This document shows, one piece after another, positions 43,718 to 56,801 of a stretch of 56,801 bases of DNA; position 1 is the stretch's first letter; each line of letters starts with the position of its first letter. The notes under the pieces are model-generated. The model was not told the DNA's origin, ran no database searches, and worked only from the letters and a program-made list of their open reading frames with translations. The position numbers and the translations under genes were made by a program. The stretch is taken from the NCBI GenBank assembly GCA_964594235.1, contig CAZQMF010000005.1:1-56801 (forward strand), written 5' to 3'. Source of the stretch: an uncultured Acidimicrobiia bacterium. Its GTDB lineage: Bacteria > Actinomycetota > Acidimicrobiia > Spongiisociales > UBA4744.

Positions 43718-44230
43718 TCAGCGAGGCTCCGACCATGCGGGGTTCGTCACCGGCGGGTCGTCGGTGACGCATGGAACCGTGCAGTCCAGCGGCTCCACCC
43801 ACGGTGCCACCAGTGCGCCGATCGGGTTGTCGTTGCCTGCGGCATGATCGGCGTAGTGGGCGTGCAGGCACTTCACACCCCCAGTGCTACCGCCAACTCC
43901 TCCAACCGGGCGGTGAACGGCGCCGGGTGAAAGGAGAACATCCCTCTGTAGCGCGTATCGATGGTTGGCCACGGCCATGGCTTCCTCGAAAGGTGGGTCG
44001 TTGCGAAGACGCCGATCCATCGCCTTGACACCGCCGGCCGCCTCGAGCCTCCCGATCCGTGCCCTTGCCGCCGGACAGGACAGCCAGTAGCGCGTTGGGA
44101 ACGGCGTACCGTCGTCCAGCAACGGAGGGACTGCAACCACGACCGGCAAACCGAGCGGGCACCTGGCCATGACCTCGACAGAGGCGCGGAGTGGCCGTCC
44201 CAGCTGAGCCGAGACGACCACATCATCCAT
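43718..44230 (-). CDS. DUF501 domain protein
   Basis: RCPLGLPVV, DGTPFPTRYWL, GVGG, VKCLHAHYA; conserved eno-divIC-DUF501 context. Confidence 0.92.
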   Translation of the reverse strand: MDDVVVSAQLGRPLRASVEVMARCPLGLPVVVAVPPLLDDGTPFPTRYWLSCPAARARIGRLEAAGGVKAMDRRLRNDPPFEEAMAVANHRYALQRDVLLSPGAVHRPVGGVGGSTGGVKCLHAHYADHAAGNDNPIGALVAPWVEPLDCTVPCVTDDPPVTNPAWSEPR

Positions 44231-44620
44231 TGGAGAGGTCGCGGCCCGTCAGAAAGTCCCAGATGTGCTGCCACCAGGGCATCGACTGCTGTTCGACCTG
44301 GGGCGTGGTGGTGGTCGGAACGTCGGGAGTGAATCCTTCGTCGTTCGGGTCTACCACCACATATGCGGTGTCCCCCGGTTTCACGAGACCGAAGTCGCGA
44401 CGGGCGACCATCTCCACTCCAGCGTCCGACGACAGGAAGTCTGCATCTGCTTGGAGTTTCGCGTTCTCCTGCTGAATCGTGGCGAGTTGGTCACGCGCTT
44501 GGTCGACACGCCGCTGTTCGGCCATGAGACTGCGAATCGGCAGCACGTTCGTCAGCAGAACGGCTGCAACGACGATTACGCCGATCACGGCAAGAAGTGC
44601 GGCGCGCGACCAGAACCTCA

Positions 44621-44621
<1 letters not shown>
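44223..44621 (-). CDS. Septum formation initiator (DivIC/FtsB family)
   Basis: One TM helix, coiled coil, VARRDFGLVKPGD; follows eno. Confidence 0.85.
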
Positions 44622-47371
<2,750 letters not shown>

Positions 47372-47372
<1 letters not shown>

Positions 47373-48289
47373 CAGGCCGGCGGGTTGATCTTGTAGTCCG
47401 GCGATCCCGCCCAGGTGCCGTACTTCTGATCGACGTCGATCGTTGCAGCATCCAGCTTGCTCATGATCCAGTCGGAGAACAGCTGTGAAGACTGGTCACT
47501 CTTGAGCTGCGTGATCAGGTCCGCCCTCATGTCGTCGAACGTCGGCACTTCTCGAGAGTCGACGATCAGTACGTGGTACCCGTATTGGGTTTGAACCGGT
47601 CCGTACACCTCGCCGATAGGAGCTGTCAGCGTCGCTGCCGCAAACTCGGGAACGTACGAGGAGGGTGCGGCGCATCCGAGGTCGCCACCGTTCTGGCCGG
47701 AAGCGGTGTCGGTGGACACCTCCGCCGCGACATCTGCGAACGACTCGCCGTTGTTCAGCCGATCGATCACCGTGTTCGCTTCCTCTTCCGTGTCGACGAG
47801 GATGTGGTGGACGCACACCGTTGTCTTGGCATCCTTGTTCGCGTCGTAGGCGGCCTGGAGTTCCTCCTCGGTCGGCTCCGTCACCTGCGCAGAGAGTTTG
47901 TCGTCGATCGCCGCTCCGAGCAGCTGCTGGATGGCGACGTGGCGGATGGTGTCGCGTGTGATGCTATTGGAGGTGAGGTATGCATCGATGGTGGCATCAT
48001 CGGAGCCGATCGACGCAAGCAGATCGTTGTACTTGGTGTCGACGGCGTTCTGGTCGATGCCCAAACCCCACTCCTGCTCGGCTGCTTGTTCGACAGCCTT
48101 CTCGATAATGAGATTCCTGAGGTTCCCGTCGAATGTGGCCGTGTCGACGGTGCCCTCAGAGGGGGCGAGGGCCTGGACATCGCTGAGGCTGATCTCGTAG
48201 CCGTTGACTGTCGCAACCGTCTTGGATCCGCTCGAACAGGCGGATCCCACGAGTGCGAGCACGAAGAAGAGAAGAAGGACCTTGCGCAC
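47372..48289 (-). CDS. Parvulin-type peptidyl-prolyl isomerase lipoprotein (PrsA-like foldase)
   Basis: Lipobox GSA-C, VCVHHILV, FADVAAEVSTD, GGDLG, YVPEF, VQTQYGYHV. Confidence 0.9.
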
Positions 48290-48355
48290 GAGATTCACAC
48301 CTTTCTGGACGAGTGAGATAGTAGGCGAGCGGCCAAACAAGCCGTAAAGGGTAGG

Positions 48356-51300
48356 TTACCCGGGCCACATCTTGTGGATGAATCGAGTCAGCGATGTGGC
48401 GATCTCCGATCTCGGCAGCGGCAGGAACAGAACGCTTTCCGCAGCGCGCAACACGGCCTTCGGAGCGATCCGTTCGAGACGGACTTCCTGTGACGCGGAG
48501 AGATCTACCGGGGCGAGTCGAACCTCCTTGCCCAGCGACACGATCTCTGTGAGCCCCACACGCAGAGCTTCGGCTCGAAGCTCTGCGATCTCCAACAGCG
48601 CCTTGACGGCTTCGGGCCACTCGCCGTACCGGTCCTTCCACTCGTCTGCGACGTCGTTCACGTCCTCGGTGGTCTGGGTTGTCGCGAGGCGCCGGTAGGC
48701 CTCGAGCCGCGTGTCCTGATCGGGGATGAACTCCTCGGGGAGGAACGCGTCGACCGGCACCTCGATGCGGACTTCCGCCGGGCGATCTTCGACGACCGTT
48801 CTCCCTTCCAGCTCGTTGACCGCATCGGCGACGAGACGGGCATACAGGTCGAATCCTACGGCGGCGATGTGGCCGGACTGTACCTCGCCGAGGATGCTGC
48901 CCGCTCCTCTGATCTCGAGGTCCCGCATGGCGATATCGAAACCCGACCCGAGGTCGGTGTGCTCGCCGATGGCCTGGAGTCGCCGCCGTGCCTCCTCCGT
49001 CAAGGACTGTTCCGGAGGATGGAACAGGTATGCATATGCCCGTTGAGATGACCGCCCGACTCGCCCTCGAAGTTGATAGAGCTGGGCGAGTCCGAGAAGG
49101 TCGGCTCGTTCGACGATGAGGGTGTTGACGGAAGGAAGGTCGAGGCCGGATTCGATGATGGTGGTGGCGACCAGCACGTCGTAGGTATGGTTCCAGAAGT
49201 CCAGCATGACCTGTTCGAGCTGTCCTTCGCTCATCTGGCCGTGTGCGACGGCGAAGCGCGCGTTCGGAACGAGTTCTCGCAGACGGGCGACGGCCCTGTC
49301 GATCGACTGGACCCGATTGTGGACGTAGAACACTTGACCTTCCCGTAGCAACTCCCTGCGAATCGCAGCCGAGACGGAGCGCTCGTCGAACGGGCCGACG
49401 TACGTCAGGATCGGGTGGCGATCCTCGGGTGGAGTCTTGATGTGGCTGACGTCGCGTATCCCGGTGAGTGCCATCTCGAGCGTTCTCGGAATCGGTGTGG
49501 CAGTCAGAGTGAGGACGTCGACACCGACCCGCAGCCGCTTGATGGCGTCCTTGGCTCCGACGCCAAAACGCTGTTCCTCGTCGACGACGAGCAGGCCGAG
49601 ATCCTTGAATCTGACATCGTCGCTGAGAAGGCGATGCGTCCCAATCACGATATCGATCTCGCCGGTGGCGAGCCCGCGCACGAGTGCCCGCTGTTCGCGT
49701 TGGCTGAGGAAACGGCTGAGCATCCCGACCTTGATCGGAAACTGTTCGAACCGCTCGCTGAACGTCTGGAAATGTTGCTGAGCGAGGAGTGTCGTCGGGC
49801 AGAGCACGGCTGCTTGTCGACCGGCCGAGACGGCCCTGAACGCCGCCCTGAGGGCGACCTCCGTCTTTCCGAACCCGACGTCCCCGAACACGAGTCGATC
49901 CATTGGCCTGTCGGACTGCATATCGTCGCGAACGTCTTCGATCGCGTGAAGCTGGTCGGTCGTCTCCTCATAGGGAAACGCAGCTTCGAGCTCGCGCTGC
50001 CACGGCCCGTCGGGACCGAAGGAATGTCCGCTCGCCATCGCCCGCGCCCGGTGAAGGCTCACGACCTCCTCTGCGACGGCGGCAACGGCCTTGCGGACCC
50101 GGTCCTTCGTTGCAGCCCAGTCGGCACCTCCCATGCGCGAAACCCGCGGTGTCTCTCCTCCGGTGTAGCGCCGGATTGCGGCAAGCTGATCGGTTGGGAC
50201 GTACAGCTTGTCGCCGGCCGCATACGCAACGATCAGATAGTCACGTTCGACTCCCGCGACGGTCTTGGCGACAAGACCTTCGAATCTCCCGATGCCGTGC
50301 CGGTGATGGACGACATAGTCCCCTTCTTGAAGATCCCGGTAGGTGGTGGCCTCGCCCCGGACCCTACGACCGGGCCGACGGTGCGCCCGTTGACGGCCGG
50401 CGATGGAGTGCTCGCCGAAGACGGCGACTCTGGCGACCTCGTGGTGGAACCCGAGGTGGATGCCGGTACCGAGCACCGCCGACTGCATACCTTCGAGATG
50501 ATCGACCCGAGGAAGGTCGAGCCCGTTCGATGCAAGCACCCTCGCGACTCGATCTGCAGCGGTGTCGCCGTCCATGGCAACGATCGTGGCGACGCCTTCG
50601 CCGATCAGCCTCCCAAGCGCACCGGCGACCGACTCGGGATCTCCGGGGACCGCACCGAGACCGGTAACTCGAAGGACCGGGTCGTCAGGTCCGGTGGGAA
50701 CCGGCGGCACGAGAAGCGCCGGTCGCTCCTCGAAGGGGATAGGGAGGTAGAGCGGTGGATGCTCGGTTGGAGCTCCCCATGTCGGCGCGAGCGCATCGGC
50801 GAGGTCCCTCTCCTCCGAGGCGAGATCTCGTATTCGATCCGCCACACCGACCGGGTCAAACACGACCAGGCGGCCGCCCGGGGGCAGATCGGACAGGACG
50901 GTCGTCGGGGGCGCCAACCACGACAGCCACGACTCGATCCCCGCAAAGGTGGCCTTCTGAGCGATTCGATCCCACGTTTCGGACGCCCATAGCTCGACGT
51001 GATGGGAAGCGAGCTCAGCCATCGTGTCGTCGGGACGGACCTCTCTCGGGGGAAACGCGACAAGCCCGGCCACTTCGTGCTCCGAGCGCTGCGACGCAAC
51101 CGAGAACGAGCGGGCGCCTTCCACGTGGTCGCCGAAGAAGTCGAGCCTGACTGGATCCCCGTCTTGGGCGGGGAATACGTCGACGATGCCGCCCCGCACC
51201 GCGAACTCACCTCGTGCTTCGACGCGGATCGTTCTCTCGTAGCCTGCCATGGCCAGTGCCGTGACGAATCCCTCGAAGTCGACGTCCGCTCCAACACGGA

Positions 51301-51685
51301 CCGTCACCGGCTCGACGGGCGAAGGGCTGACCCGTTGCGATGCGGCCCGAGCCGAGGCGATCACAACTCCCGTTGACGATTGCAGCGCGAAGCGTGCCTG
51401 AGCTCGCCTGGCCATCGTCTCTTCGTTCGGTGACACATGCTCGAACGGGAGCGTCTCCCAGGCCGGGAGCAACAGGGCCGAGTCGATGAACAGCGACACA
51501 TCGTCGAGAAGTTCCTCGGCTTCCCGTTCGCGGGGGACGAGGGCGAGAACCGGCCCATCGGAGACAAGATCGAGTCCCGCGAGGAGGAATGCCCGCCCGG
51601 GAGGAGACAGGGCGACAGTGGCCGAACCCGAGGGTGGTGGCGATCGACGCCAGGCTTCGAGAAGTGAGGAGAGCGGCGCCGGCAT
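48356..51685 (-). CDS. mfd: Transcription-repair coupling factor
   Basis: RGEFAVRGGIVD, CarD-like VVHHRHGIG, GDVGFGKTEV, DEEQRFG, TATPIPRTL, QLRGRVGRS, RDLEIRGAG. Confidence 0.97.
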   Translation of the reverse strand: MPAPLSSLLEAWRRSPPPSGSATVALSPPGRAFLLAGLDLVSDGPVLALVPREREAEELLDDVSLFIDSALLLPAWETLPFEHVSPNEETMARRAQARFALQSSTGVVIASARAASQRVSPSPVEPVTVRVGADVDFEGFVTALAMAGYERTIRVEARGEFAVRGGIVDVFPAQDGDPVRLDFFGDHVEGARSFSVASQRSEHEVAGLVAFPPREVRPDDTMAELASHHVELWASETWDRIAQKATFAGIESWLSWLAPPTTVLSDLPPGGRLVVFDPVGVADRIRDLASEERDLADALAPTWGAPTEHPPLYLPIPFEERPALLVPPVPTGPDDPVLRVTGLGAVPGDPESVAGALGRLIGEGVATIVAMDGDTAADRVARVLASNGLDLPRVDHLEGMQSAVLGTGIHLGFHHEVARVAVFGEHSIAGRQRAHRRPGRRVRGEATTYRDLQEGDYVVHHRHGIGRFEGLVAKTVAGVERDYLIVAYAAGDKLYVPTDQLAAIRRYTGGETPRVSRMGGADWAATKDRVRKAVAAVAEEVVSLHRARAMASGHSFGPDGPWQRELEAAFPYEETTDQLHAIEDVRDDMQSDRPMDRLVFGDVGFGKTEVALRAAFRAVSAGRQAAVLCPTTLLAQQHFQTFSERFEQFPIKVGMLSRFLSQREQRALVRGLATGEIDIVIGTHRLLSDDVRFKDLGLLVVDEEQRFGVGAKDAIKRLRVGVDVLTLTATPIPRTLEMALTGIRDVSHIKTPPEDRHPILTYVGPFDERSVSAAIRRELLREGQVFYVHNRVQSIDRAVARLRELVPNARFAVAHGQMSEGQLEQVMLDFWNHTYDVLVATTIIESGLDLPSVNTLIVERADLLGLAQLYQLRGRVGRSSQRAYAYLFHPPEQSLTEEARRRLQAIGEHTDLGSGFDIAMRDLEIRGAGSILGEVQSGHIAAVGFDLYARLVADAVNELEGRTVVEDRPAEVRIEVPVDAFLPEEFIPDQDTRLEAYRRLATTQTTEDVNDVADEWKDRYGEWPEAVKALLEIAELRAEALRVGLTEIVSLGKEVRLAPVDLSASQEVRLERIAPKAVLRAAESVLFLPLPRSEIATSLTRFIHKMWPG

Positions 51686-51848
51686 CGTTTGACACAGCGT
51701 AGTGTCCGGTCGTCGAATTCCGCCAAGATCCACTGCTCGCGAGGTACGGTATCGGCGGCGGCCATCCGAGTCCCCAGAACTGAACCGATTCTTACTTCGC
51801 AATGCCCCCCAGCGACGGTTCAGCCTCCCAGTCGGGTGGCCGCCTCAA

Positions 51849-52805
51849 TCACATGTGGCCGGCGTCGCGGAACCAGGCGATGGTTCGTTCGAGCGTTTCG
51901 CGGGGATTCGCGTATGTGAGCCCGAGCACGTCAGCTGCCTTTGAACCGTCATAGCGATGGCCGAAGGAGAGCACCTTCGCCATCTCTACGCAGAACGGGC
52001 GGCCGGGTACGAGCGTCTGCACCAGCCAGCCCCCTGCCACCAGCAGACCTGAAGGCACCCGGATGGTACGGGCCCGCTTCCGTGAGATGTCGGCCAGCAT
52101 GTCGACAGCATCACGCATGGAGATGCTGAAGCCGGATAGGACGTACCGCTCGCCGGGCACACCGTTGGCTTCGGCGAGCAGGTGACCCCGTGCCGCATCG
52201 GTGATGTCGACGATGCTGACGGTCGTGTCGATGAGCACGGGCAGTCTCCCCGAGGCGATGGCCAGCAGCAGCTTGCCGGTTCCGGTGACCCGTCCTGGCC
52301 CTTGCACGGAGGAAGGGTTGACCGCGACGACCTCGACCCCCACATGTTCGCCCAACGCGACCTGTTCCGCCTCGTACTTGGTTCGTTCGTAGGAGGACAG
52401 GAACCACCCTCGGTGCACCGTGTCTTCCGAACCGATCGTTCCTCTCGCCTCACCAAGCGTGACCGCGGAGGAGGTGTAGACGACCCGGCGCGCGCTCGCC
52501 GCGGCGGCGGCTCGAATGACGTTCCTGGTCCCCTGCACATTGACGCGCCGCATCGGCTCGATCGAGGTGACACACATGGCGTTCATCCCTGCCACGTGGT
52601 ACACGACCTCGGCACCGTTGATCACATCGACGAGTTTCGGGAAGTCGAGAATATCTCCGTCGACCGGCTCCGCCCCGAGCCCCTGCACGATGTCGGCCGC
52701 TGCCTTGGTTCGGGCAAGCGCCTTGACGTGTCGGCCTTCGTCCACGAGGAGACGAACTACTTCTCGCCCGACGACGCCAGACCCACCGGTGACGAGAACG
52801 GTCAC
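51849..52805 (-). CDS. NAD-dependent epimerase/dehydratase family protein
   Basis: TGGSGVVG, VVYTSS, YERTK, VNPSSVQGPG; GTG overlaps the pgsA stop. Confidence 0.9.
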   Translation of the reverse strand: MTVLVTGGSGVVGREVVRLLVDEGRHVKALARTKAAADIVQGLGAEPVDGDILDFPKLVDVINGAEVVYHVAGMNAMCVTSIEPMRRVNVQGTRNVIRAAAAASARRVVYTSSAVTLGEARGTIGSEDTVHRGWFLSSYERTKYEAEQVALGEHVGVEVVAVNPSSVQGPGRVTGTGKLLLAIASGRLPVLIDTTVSIVDITDAARGHLLAEANGVPGERYVLSGFSISMRDAVDMLADISRKRARTIRVPSGLLVAGGWLVQTLVPGRPFCVEMAKVLSFGHRYDGSKAADVLGLTYANPRETLERTIAWFRDAGHM

Positions 52806-53350
52806 GAGTCGACCTTGCGGACGATCGCGCCAAACGCCCGCACGTACCCCCATCCCGAGGCGATCGTCAGCGCGACCGCGAACCACATCACCCACTGGTC
52901 GAGATACAGACCGCCGAGTTGCTGAAAGGGCCTGAGAATCGCGAGGACGATGGCGAGGAACTGTACGTTGGCTTTCGTCTTGCCAAGGGCCGAAGGCTTG
53001 ACCACGTGCCCTTCGATTGCGACGAGGCCCCTCAGCGTCATGACGAACAGCTCTCGGGCGATGATGATCAGCGCCGCCCACACCGATACCCGGTCCGTAG
53101 CGATGAGAGCGAGAAGCGCCCCGGTGACGAGGAGTTTGTCGGCGATCGAGTCGAGGAACGCGCCGAGGATCGTTCCGATCTTCCAGCGCCGTGCCAGGTA
53201 GCCGTCGAGGAAGTCGGTCGCGGCCGCGATGATGAAGAGGACCGCCGCGATGACGGCCGCGTGCGGTGTGTGCCCATCGGCGAGCACGAGCACCATGACG
53301 ATCGGCGTCATCAAAATCCTGATCACGCCCAGCAGATTCGGCACCGACAC
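52802..53350 (-). CDS. pgsA: CDP-diacylglycerol--glycerol-3-phosphate phosphatidyltransferase
   Basis: PNLL..IR, TDFLDGYLARR, GAFLDSIADK, RELFV, GKTK. Confidence 0.9.
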   Translation of the reverse strand: MSVPNLLGVIRILMTPIVMVLVLADGHTPHAAVIAAVLFIIAAATDFLDGYLARRWKIGTILGAFLDSIADKLLVTGALLALIATDRVSVWAALIIIARELFVMTLRGLVAIEGHVVKPSALGKTKANVQFLAIVLAILRPFQQLGGLYLDQWVMWFAVALTIASGWGYVRAFGAIVRKVDS

Positions 53351-53445
53351 CCTTGGCCCTCCTTCCCGCGGGATGCTACCGCCCCGTGTCGGCGGGCTGT
53401 GGCAAGGGCCGATGACCCACCTAGAGCACAGTCGGAGCGGGGAGG

Positions 53446-53904
53446 CTAGACGTCTGGGTCGACATCGATCACCTCGCCGCCGCCGAAAGAGCCGGTCTCG
53501 ACGGTCTGGAAGCCGGAGGGGAAGACTGTCACACGCGCTGACAGCCACTTCGAACCGATCCGATAGATCACTTCCCGAACGGGAGGGAGAAGCAGCATGA
53601 ATCCGAGTGTGTCGGTGATGAAGCCGGGGGAGATGAGGAAGGCTCCAGCGACCAGGATCATCGCACCGTCGCCCAGTTCACGACCAGGCAACCCTCCTTG
53701 CTGCACCCGGCGCGTGAAACGATCGACCGCTGAGAGGCCGACTCGACGTACGAGCACGGAGCCGATGAGAGCAGTGGCGAGCGCCAACCCGAGGGCAACG
53801 CCCAGACCGACTCTGGACTCGACCCAGAAGAAGGTGGCCATCTCGGCGACGGCGAGAACTCCGAATGCTGCAAGGAACCGCATCGCGTACCACGGTACCC
53901 GCAA
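53446..53904 (-). CDS. fxsA: FxsA family membrane protein
   Basis: AEMA, ATALIG, AGAFLISPGFITD..G..LLLP. Confidence 0.88.
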   Translation of the reverse strand: MRVPWYAMRFLAAFGVLAVAEMATFFWVESRVGLGVALGLALATALIGSVLVRRVGLSAVDRFTRRVQQGGLPGRELGDGAMILVAGAFLISPGFITDTLGFMLLLPPVREVIYRIGSKWLSARVTVFPSGFQTVETGSFGGGEVIDVDPDV

Positions 53905-54015
53905 CTGAAACCAACCCGGTCCCCTCGAAGCCGCTCCGGTCCCTGAACGACCGGGGCAGGATCCTCCGTGCGTCGGTCGCCCCTGCCTTCAGCCTTCCGC
54001 TCGTAGACTCGCCGC

Positions 54016-54807
54016 ATGGCAGCCGGCCCACGAGATCACGAAGGCAGGGTGATCGACTTCGGGCGTGCAGCCGGCGACTACGACCGCTATCGCCCGGGCT
54101 TTCCAGAGAGTTTCTTCGACCATCTCGACCAGAAGGGTTGGATCGCACCAGGACTACGAGCGCTCGATCTCGGGACCGGGACCGGTTCGCTCGCACTGGG
54201 ATTCGCAGCGAGAGGTGTCGTGGCCACGGGGTTGGACATCGCTCCCGATCTGCTCGACGTTGCGCGGCGAACCGCCACCGCGCACGGCCTTGCCGCCGAG
54301 TTCGTGGAGGGCAGCGCCGAAGATACCGGCCTACCCGGCAGGAGCTTCGATCTCGTGAGCGCCGGTCAATGCTGGTGGTGGTTCGACAGCGACCGTGCGG
54401 CACAGGAAGCGGTGCGCTTGCTCGTGTCGGGCGGGAGGCTGCTGATCTGTGACTTCAGCTATCTCCCGCTGCCGGGGAATGTGTGCGCCCTCTCCGAGAA
54501 GCTCGTCCTCGAGCACAACCCGGGCTGGCCGAGGGCGGGATGGAGGGGTGTTCACCCCGAGCAGGTGCAGGCCCTCGACGTCGCCGGCTTTCGGGATGTC
54601 GAAAGCTTCAGCTACACAGTGGGCCTCCCGTTCACCCACGAGGCGTGGCGCGGCCGCATGCGCACCTGCAACGGGGTCGGCTCTGCGCTCGAACCCGAGC
54701 AGGTCGAGCGGTTCGATCGTGACCTCGCCAAACTCCTCGCCCAGGAGTTTCCTGGTGAGCTGTCCGTGCCGCACAGGGTGTTCGCAACGAGCGGGGTCAA
54801 GCCCTGA
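54016..54807 (+). CDS. Class I SAM-dependent methyltransferase
   Basis: DFGRAAGDYDRYRPG, LDLGTGTG, GSAEDTGL, AGQCWWWFD. Confidence 0.9.
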   Translation: MAAGPRDHEGRVIDFGRAAGDYDRYRPGFPESFFDHLDQKGWIAPGLRALDLGTGTGSLALGFAARGVVATGLDIAPDLLDVARRTATAHGLAAEFVEGSAEDTGLPGRSFDLVSAGQCWWWFDSDRAAQEAVRLLVSGGRLLICDFSYLPLPGNVCALSEKLVLEHNPGWPRAGWRGVHPEQVQALDVAGFRDVESFSYTVGLPFTHEAWRGRMRTCNGVGSALEPEQVERFDRDLAKLLAQEFPGELSVPHRVFATSGVKP

Positions 54808-54868
54808 TCGATGCTGACTCACTGCTGGCCGTACCGAGCCGGTCGTGATGCAATCGCAGGAACACCGC

Positions 54869-56080
54869 TCAGACTGCGCGCCCTGCCCACACCACGAACC
54901 CGATCATGAAGAGTCCGAAGACCAGGAAGCTCAGGGCGAACGGAGTCACCGAGTCCGAAACGACGGCGGCCACCGCAGCGCCAAGCAGGGATCCGCCGAC
55001 CAGCGTCACAGTGCCGATGAGGGCCGAAGCCGTGCCGGCGACGTGGCCGACATCTTCCATCGCGACCGACGTCAAGATGGCTCGAGAGATGATGATCGCG
55101 ACGATCAGCAAGGTGGTGAGGGTGTAGAACGCCGCGAACGACGGTTGCCCGCTCGACGCGACTGCCGTCATGACGAACACAACGGCCACCACCGCGTAGA
55201 CCCAGAGGACGCCGCTGAGAACTCGACCGGAACCGATTCGCCTGATCAACCGTGACGAGCCGACCGACGCAACAGCCATGAACACCGCTGCGAGCCCGAA
55301 CCAGTAGGCGAACTGGTCGGCGCGCCCGTAGATCTCCTCGTAGATCAACTGGCTGGAACCGAGGTAGGGGATGAACGCCGCCATGCCGAACATCAACGCG
55401 AGCATCATCCGCGTTGTGGTGCGGTGCCGAAAGACTTCACGGGTCGACGAAATCGTGTTTCGAATGCTGAACGAGATCCGTCTGTCTACCGGCAGCGTCT
55501 CGCTGAGCCTGATCGACCACAACCCGACCGCACCTGCGAAGAGTGCAGAGAAGAGAAACGGATATCGCCACGAACCGAACGCCATCACCGCTTGTCCGAC
55601 GGTTGGTGCGACGGCCGGAGCAACCATGAACACGCCGCTCACGATCGCCAGCACACGCGCCATCTCGTCGCCGTGGTAGCGATCGCGAACGATCGCCCGT
55701 GAGACCACACGTGGACCTCCAGCGCCGAGCCCCCACAGGAACCTGAACACGATCATTGCCGAGAGTGTTGGTGCAAGGATGGTTCCTGCGGCACCGGCAA
55801 GGTAGAGCACCACGCCCCCATAGAGGACCGGCTTTCGACCGAACGCGTCGGTGATCGGCCCGAAGATGTACTGGCCGAAGCCAAGACCCACCAGGAAGAC
55901 CGTGATGATCAGGGAGACCTGCGTGGCGTCGGGGGCGAGACCAAACGACTCACGCACCGCCCCCATCGCAGGGAGCATCACGTCGATGGCGATGGCGTTG
56001 AGTGCGGTGATGAAGGCGATCAGGACCACGAACTCGGCCTCGCCAACGCGGTAGCGCCCTGCCCGTGTGGAGTCTTTCAC
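54869..56080 (-). CDS. Bcr/CflA family MFS efflux transporter
   Basis: AIAIDVMLPA, GQYIFGPITDAFGRKP, RAIVRDRY, APAVAPTVG, LSETLP; 12 TM pattern. Confidence 0.92.
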   Translation of the reverse strand: MKDSTRAGRYRVGEAEFVVLIAFITALNAIAIDVMLPAMGAVRESFGLAPDATQVSLIITVFLVGLGFGQYIFGPITDAFGRKPVLYGGVVLYLAGAAGTILAPTLSAMIVFRFLWGLGAGGPRVVSRAIVRDRYHGDEMARVLAIVSGVFMVAPAVAPTVGQAVMAFGSWRYPFLFSALFAGAVGLWSIRLSETLPVDRRISFSIRNTISSTREVFRHRTTTRMMLALMFGMAAFIPYLGSSQLIYEEIYGRADQFAYWFGLAAVFMAVASVGSSRLIRRIGSGRVLSGVLWVYAVVAVVFVMTAVASSGQPSFAAFYTLTTLLIVAIIISRAILTSVAMEDVGHVAGTASALIGTVTLVGGSLLGAAVAAVVSDSVTPFALSFLVFGLFMIGFVVWAGRAV

Positions 56081-56151
56081 CGGTGCAACCTATCAGCGTC
56101 CGGCGACCTACTTCATCTCGGACAAGCCCCGGCCCCGTGACAAATGGGCTC

Positions 56152-56801
56152 CTACAGCGGCTCGAACCGTGCCGTGAAGTGCCGCAGCCAGGCAGCTTGT
56201 TCGACGATGCGGTAGCCGCGGATCGTACCGGCATGCTCTGCAACGGCAATCACGACCTCGCCGACGTAGTCGACGTGGCTCTGGGTATAGGTGCGTCTCG
56301 GCACGGCGAGACGCACCAGTTCCATGTCGGCGGGCGTCTCGGTCCCGTCATCGTGGGGTTTGCCGAACATGACGGAGCCGATCTCGACGCCTCTCACGCC
56401 ACCTTCTCGATACAGCTCGATGGCGAGCGCCTGCGCCGGATACTGACTCGGCGGGATATCGGGCAGGAACGCCTTCGCGTCGAGGTACACGGCGTGCCCG
56501 CCGGGCGGCCGGACGATCGGCACGCCCGCGGACCTGACCTTCTCGGCGAGGTAGGCCGTAGAGCGGATCCGGTACCGCAGGTACTCCTCGTCGAGAACCT
56601 CACGCAGACCGATAGCGATTGCCTCCAGGTCGTAGCCGGCAAGTCCCCCATACGTCGGGAATCCTTCGGTGAGGATCAGCAAGTTCCTTGCCTCTTGTGC
56701 GATCGCCGGGTCGCGCAGCCCGATGAAGCCTCCGATGTTGGCGAGTCCGTCCTTCTTGGCGGACATCGTGCACCCGTCGACGAGCGAGAACATCTCGCGG
56801 G
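56152..56801 (-). CDS. tnaA: Tryptophanase (or tyrosine phenol-lyase), C-terminal part; 5' end lies outside the window
   Basis: PLP motif TMSAKKD, EGFPTYGGL, PGGHAVYLDA, ELVRLAVPRRTYTQSH, LRHFTARF. Confidence 0.85.
   Translation of the reverse strand, partial: REMFSLVDGCTMSAKKDGLANIGGFIGLRDPAIAQEARNLLILTEGFPTYGGLAGYDLEAIAIGLREVLDEEYLRYRIRSTAYLAEKVRSAGVPIVRPPGGHAVYLDAKAFLPDIPPSQYPAQALAIELYREGGVRGVEIGSVMFGKPHDDGTETPADMELVRLAVPRRTYTQSHVDYVGEVVIAVAEHAGTIRGYRIVEQAAWLRHFTARFEPL

Noticed and set aside
51690-51848. Riboswitch or small ORF upstream of mfd (8-bp inverted repeat CTGAACCG/CGGTTCAG; MAAADTVPREQW...)
   Set aside because: No known aptamer motif, and the ORF runs out of frame into mfd without recognisable homology.

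Overview
A GC-rich, gene-dense bacterial chromosomal segment. Gene content (mfd-prsA-mazG-eno-divIC-DUF501, DosR/DosS-like pair, treS, multiheme cytochromes) points to Actinomycetota, plausibly Acidimicrobiia; this is an inference, not a lookup. I see no transposase, integrase, CRISPR array or rRNA. The window holds about 50 CDS, one tRNA-Leu(UAA), two pseudogene fragments and nine copies of an intergenic repeat family with heptamer arms. The most notable signal is a candidate low-oxygen respiration island at about 9.2-33 kb. A split menaquinone cluster (menE, menB, menA ... menH, menD, menF) encloses two convergent multiheme cytochrome genes. One encodes an ImcH-like heptaheme membrane quinol oxidase; the other encodes a hexaheme lipoprotein on a (Gly-X-Y)9 collagen-like stalk. 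Both promoters carry DosR/DevR-type boxes (GGGAC-N4-G(T/G)CCC). A DosR orthologue with the same recognition helix and a heme-GAF kinase lie 7-9 kb away, followed by a CstR-like regulator, PFOR (nifJ) and a GNAT/ADP-forming acyl-CoA ligase fusion. Also present are a rare GT78 mannosylglycerate synthase and a methyltransferase gene starting 2 nt after the tRNA 3' end. All protein assignments come from motif recognition by eye, and several start codons were re-chosen relative to the ORF track.
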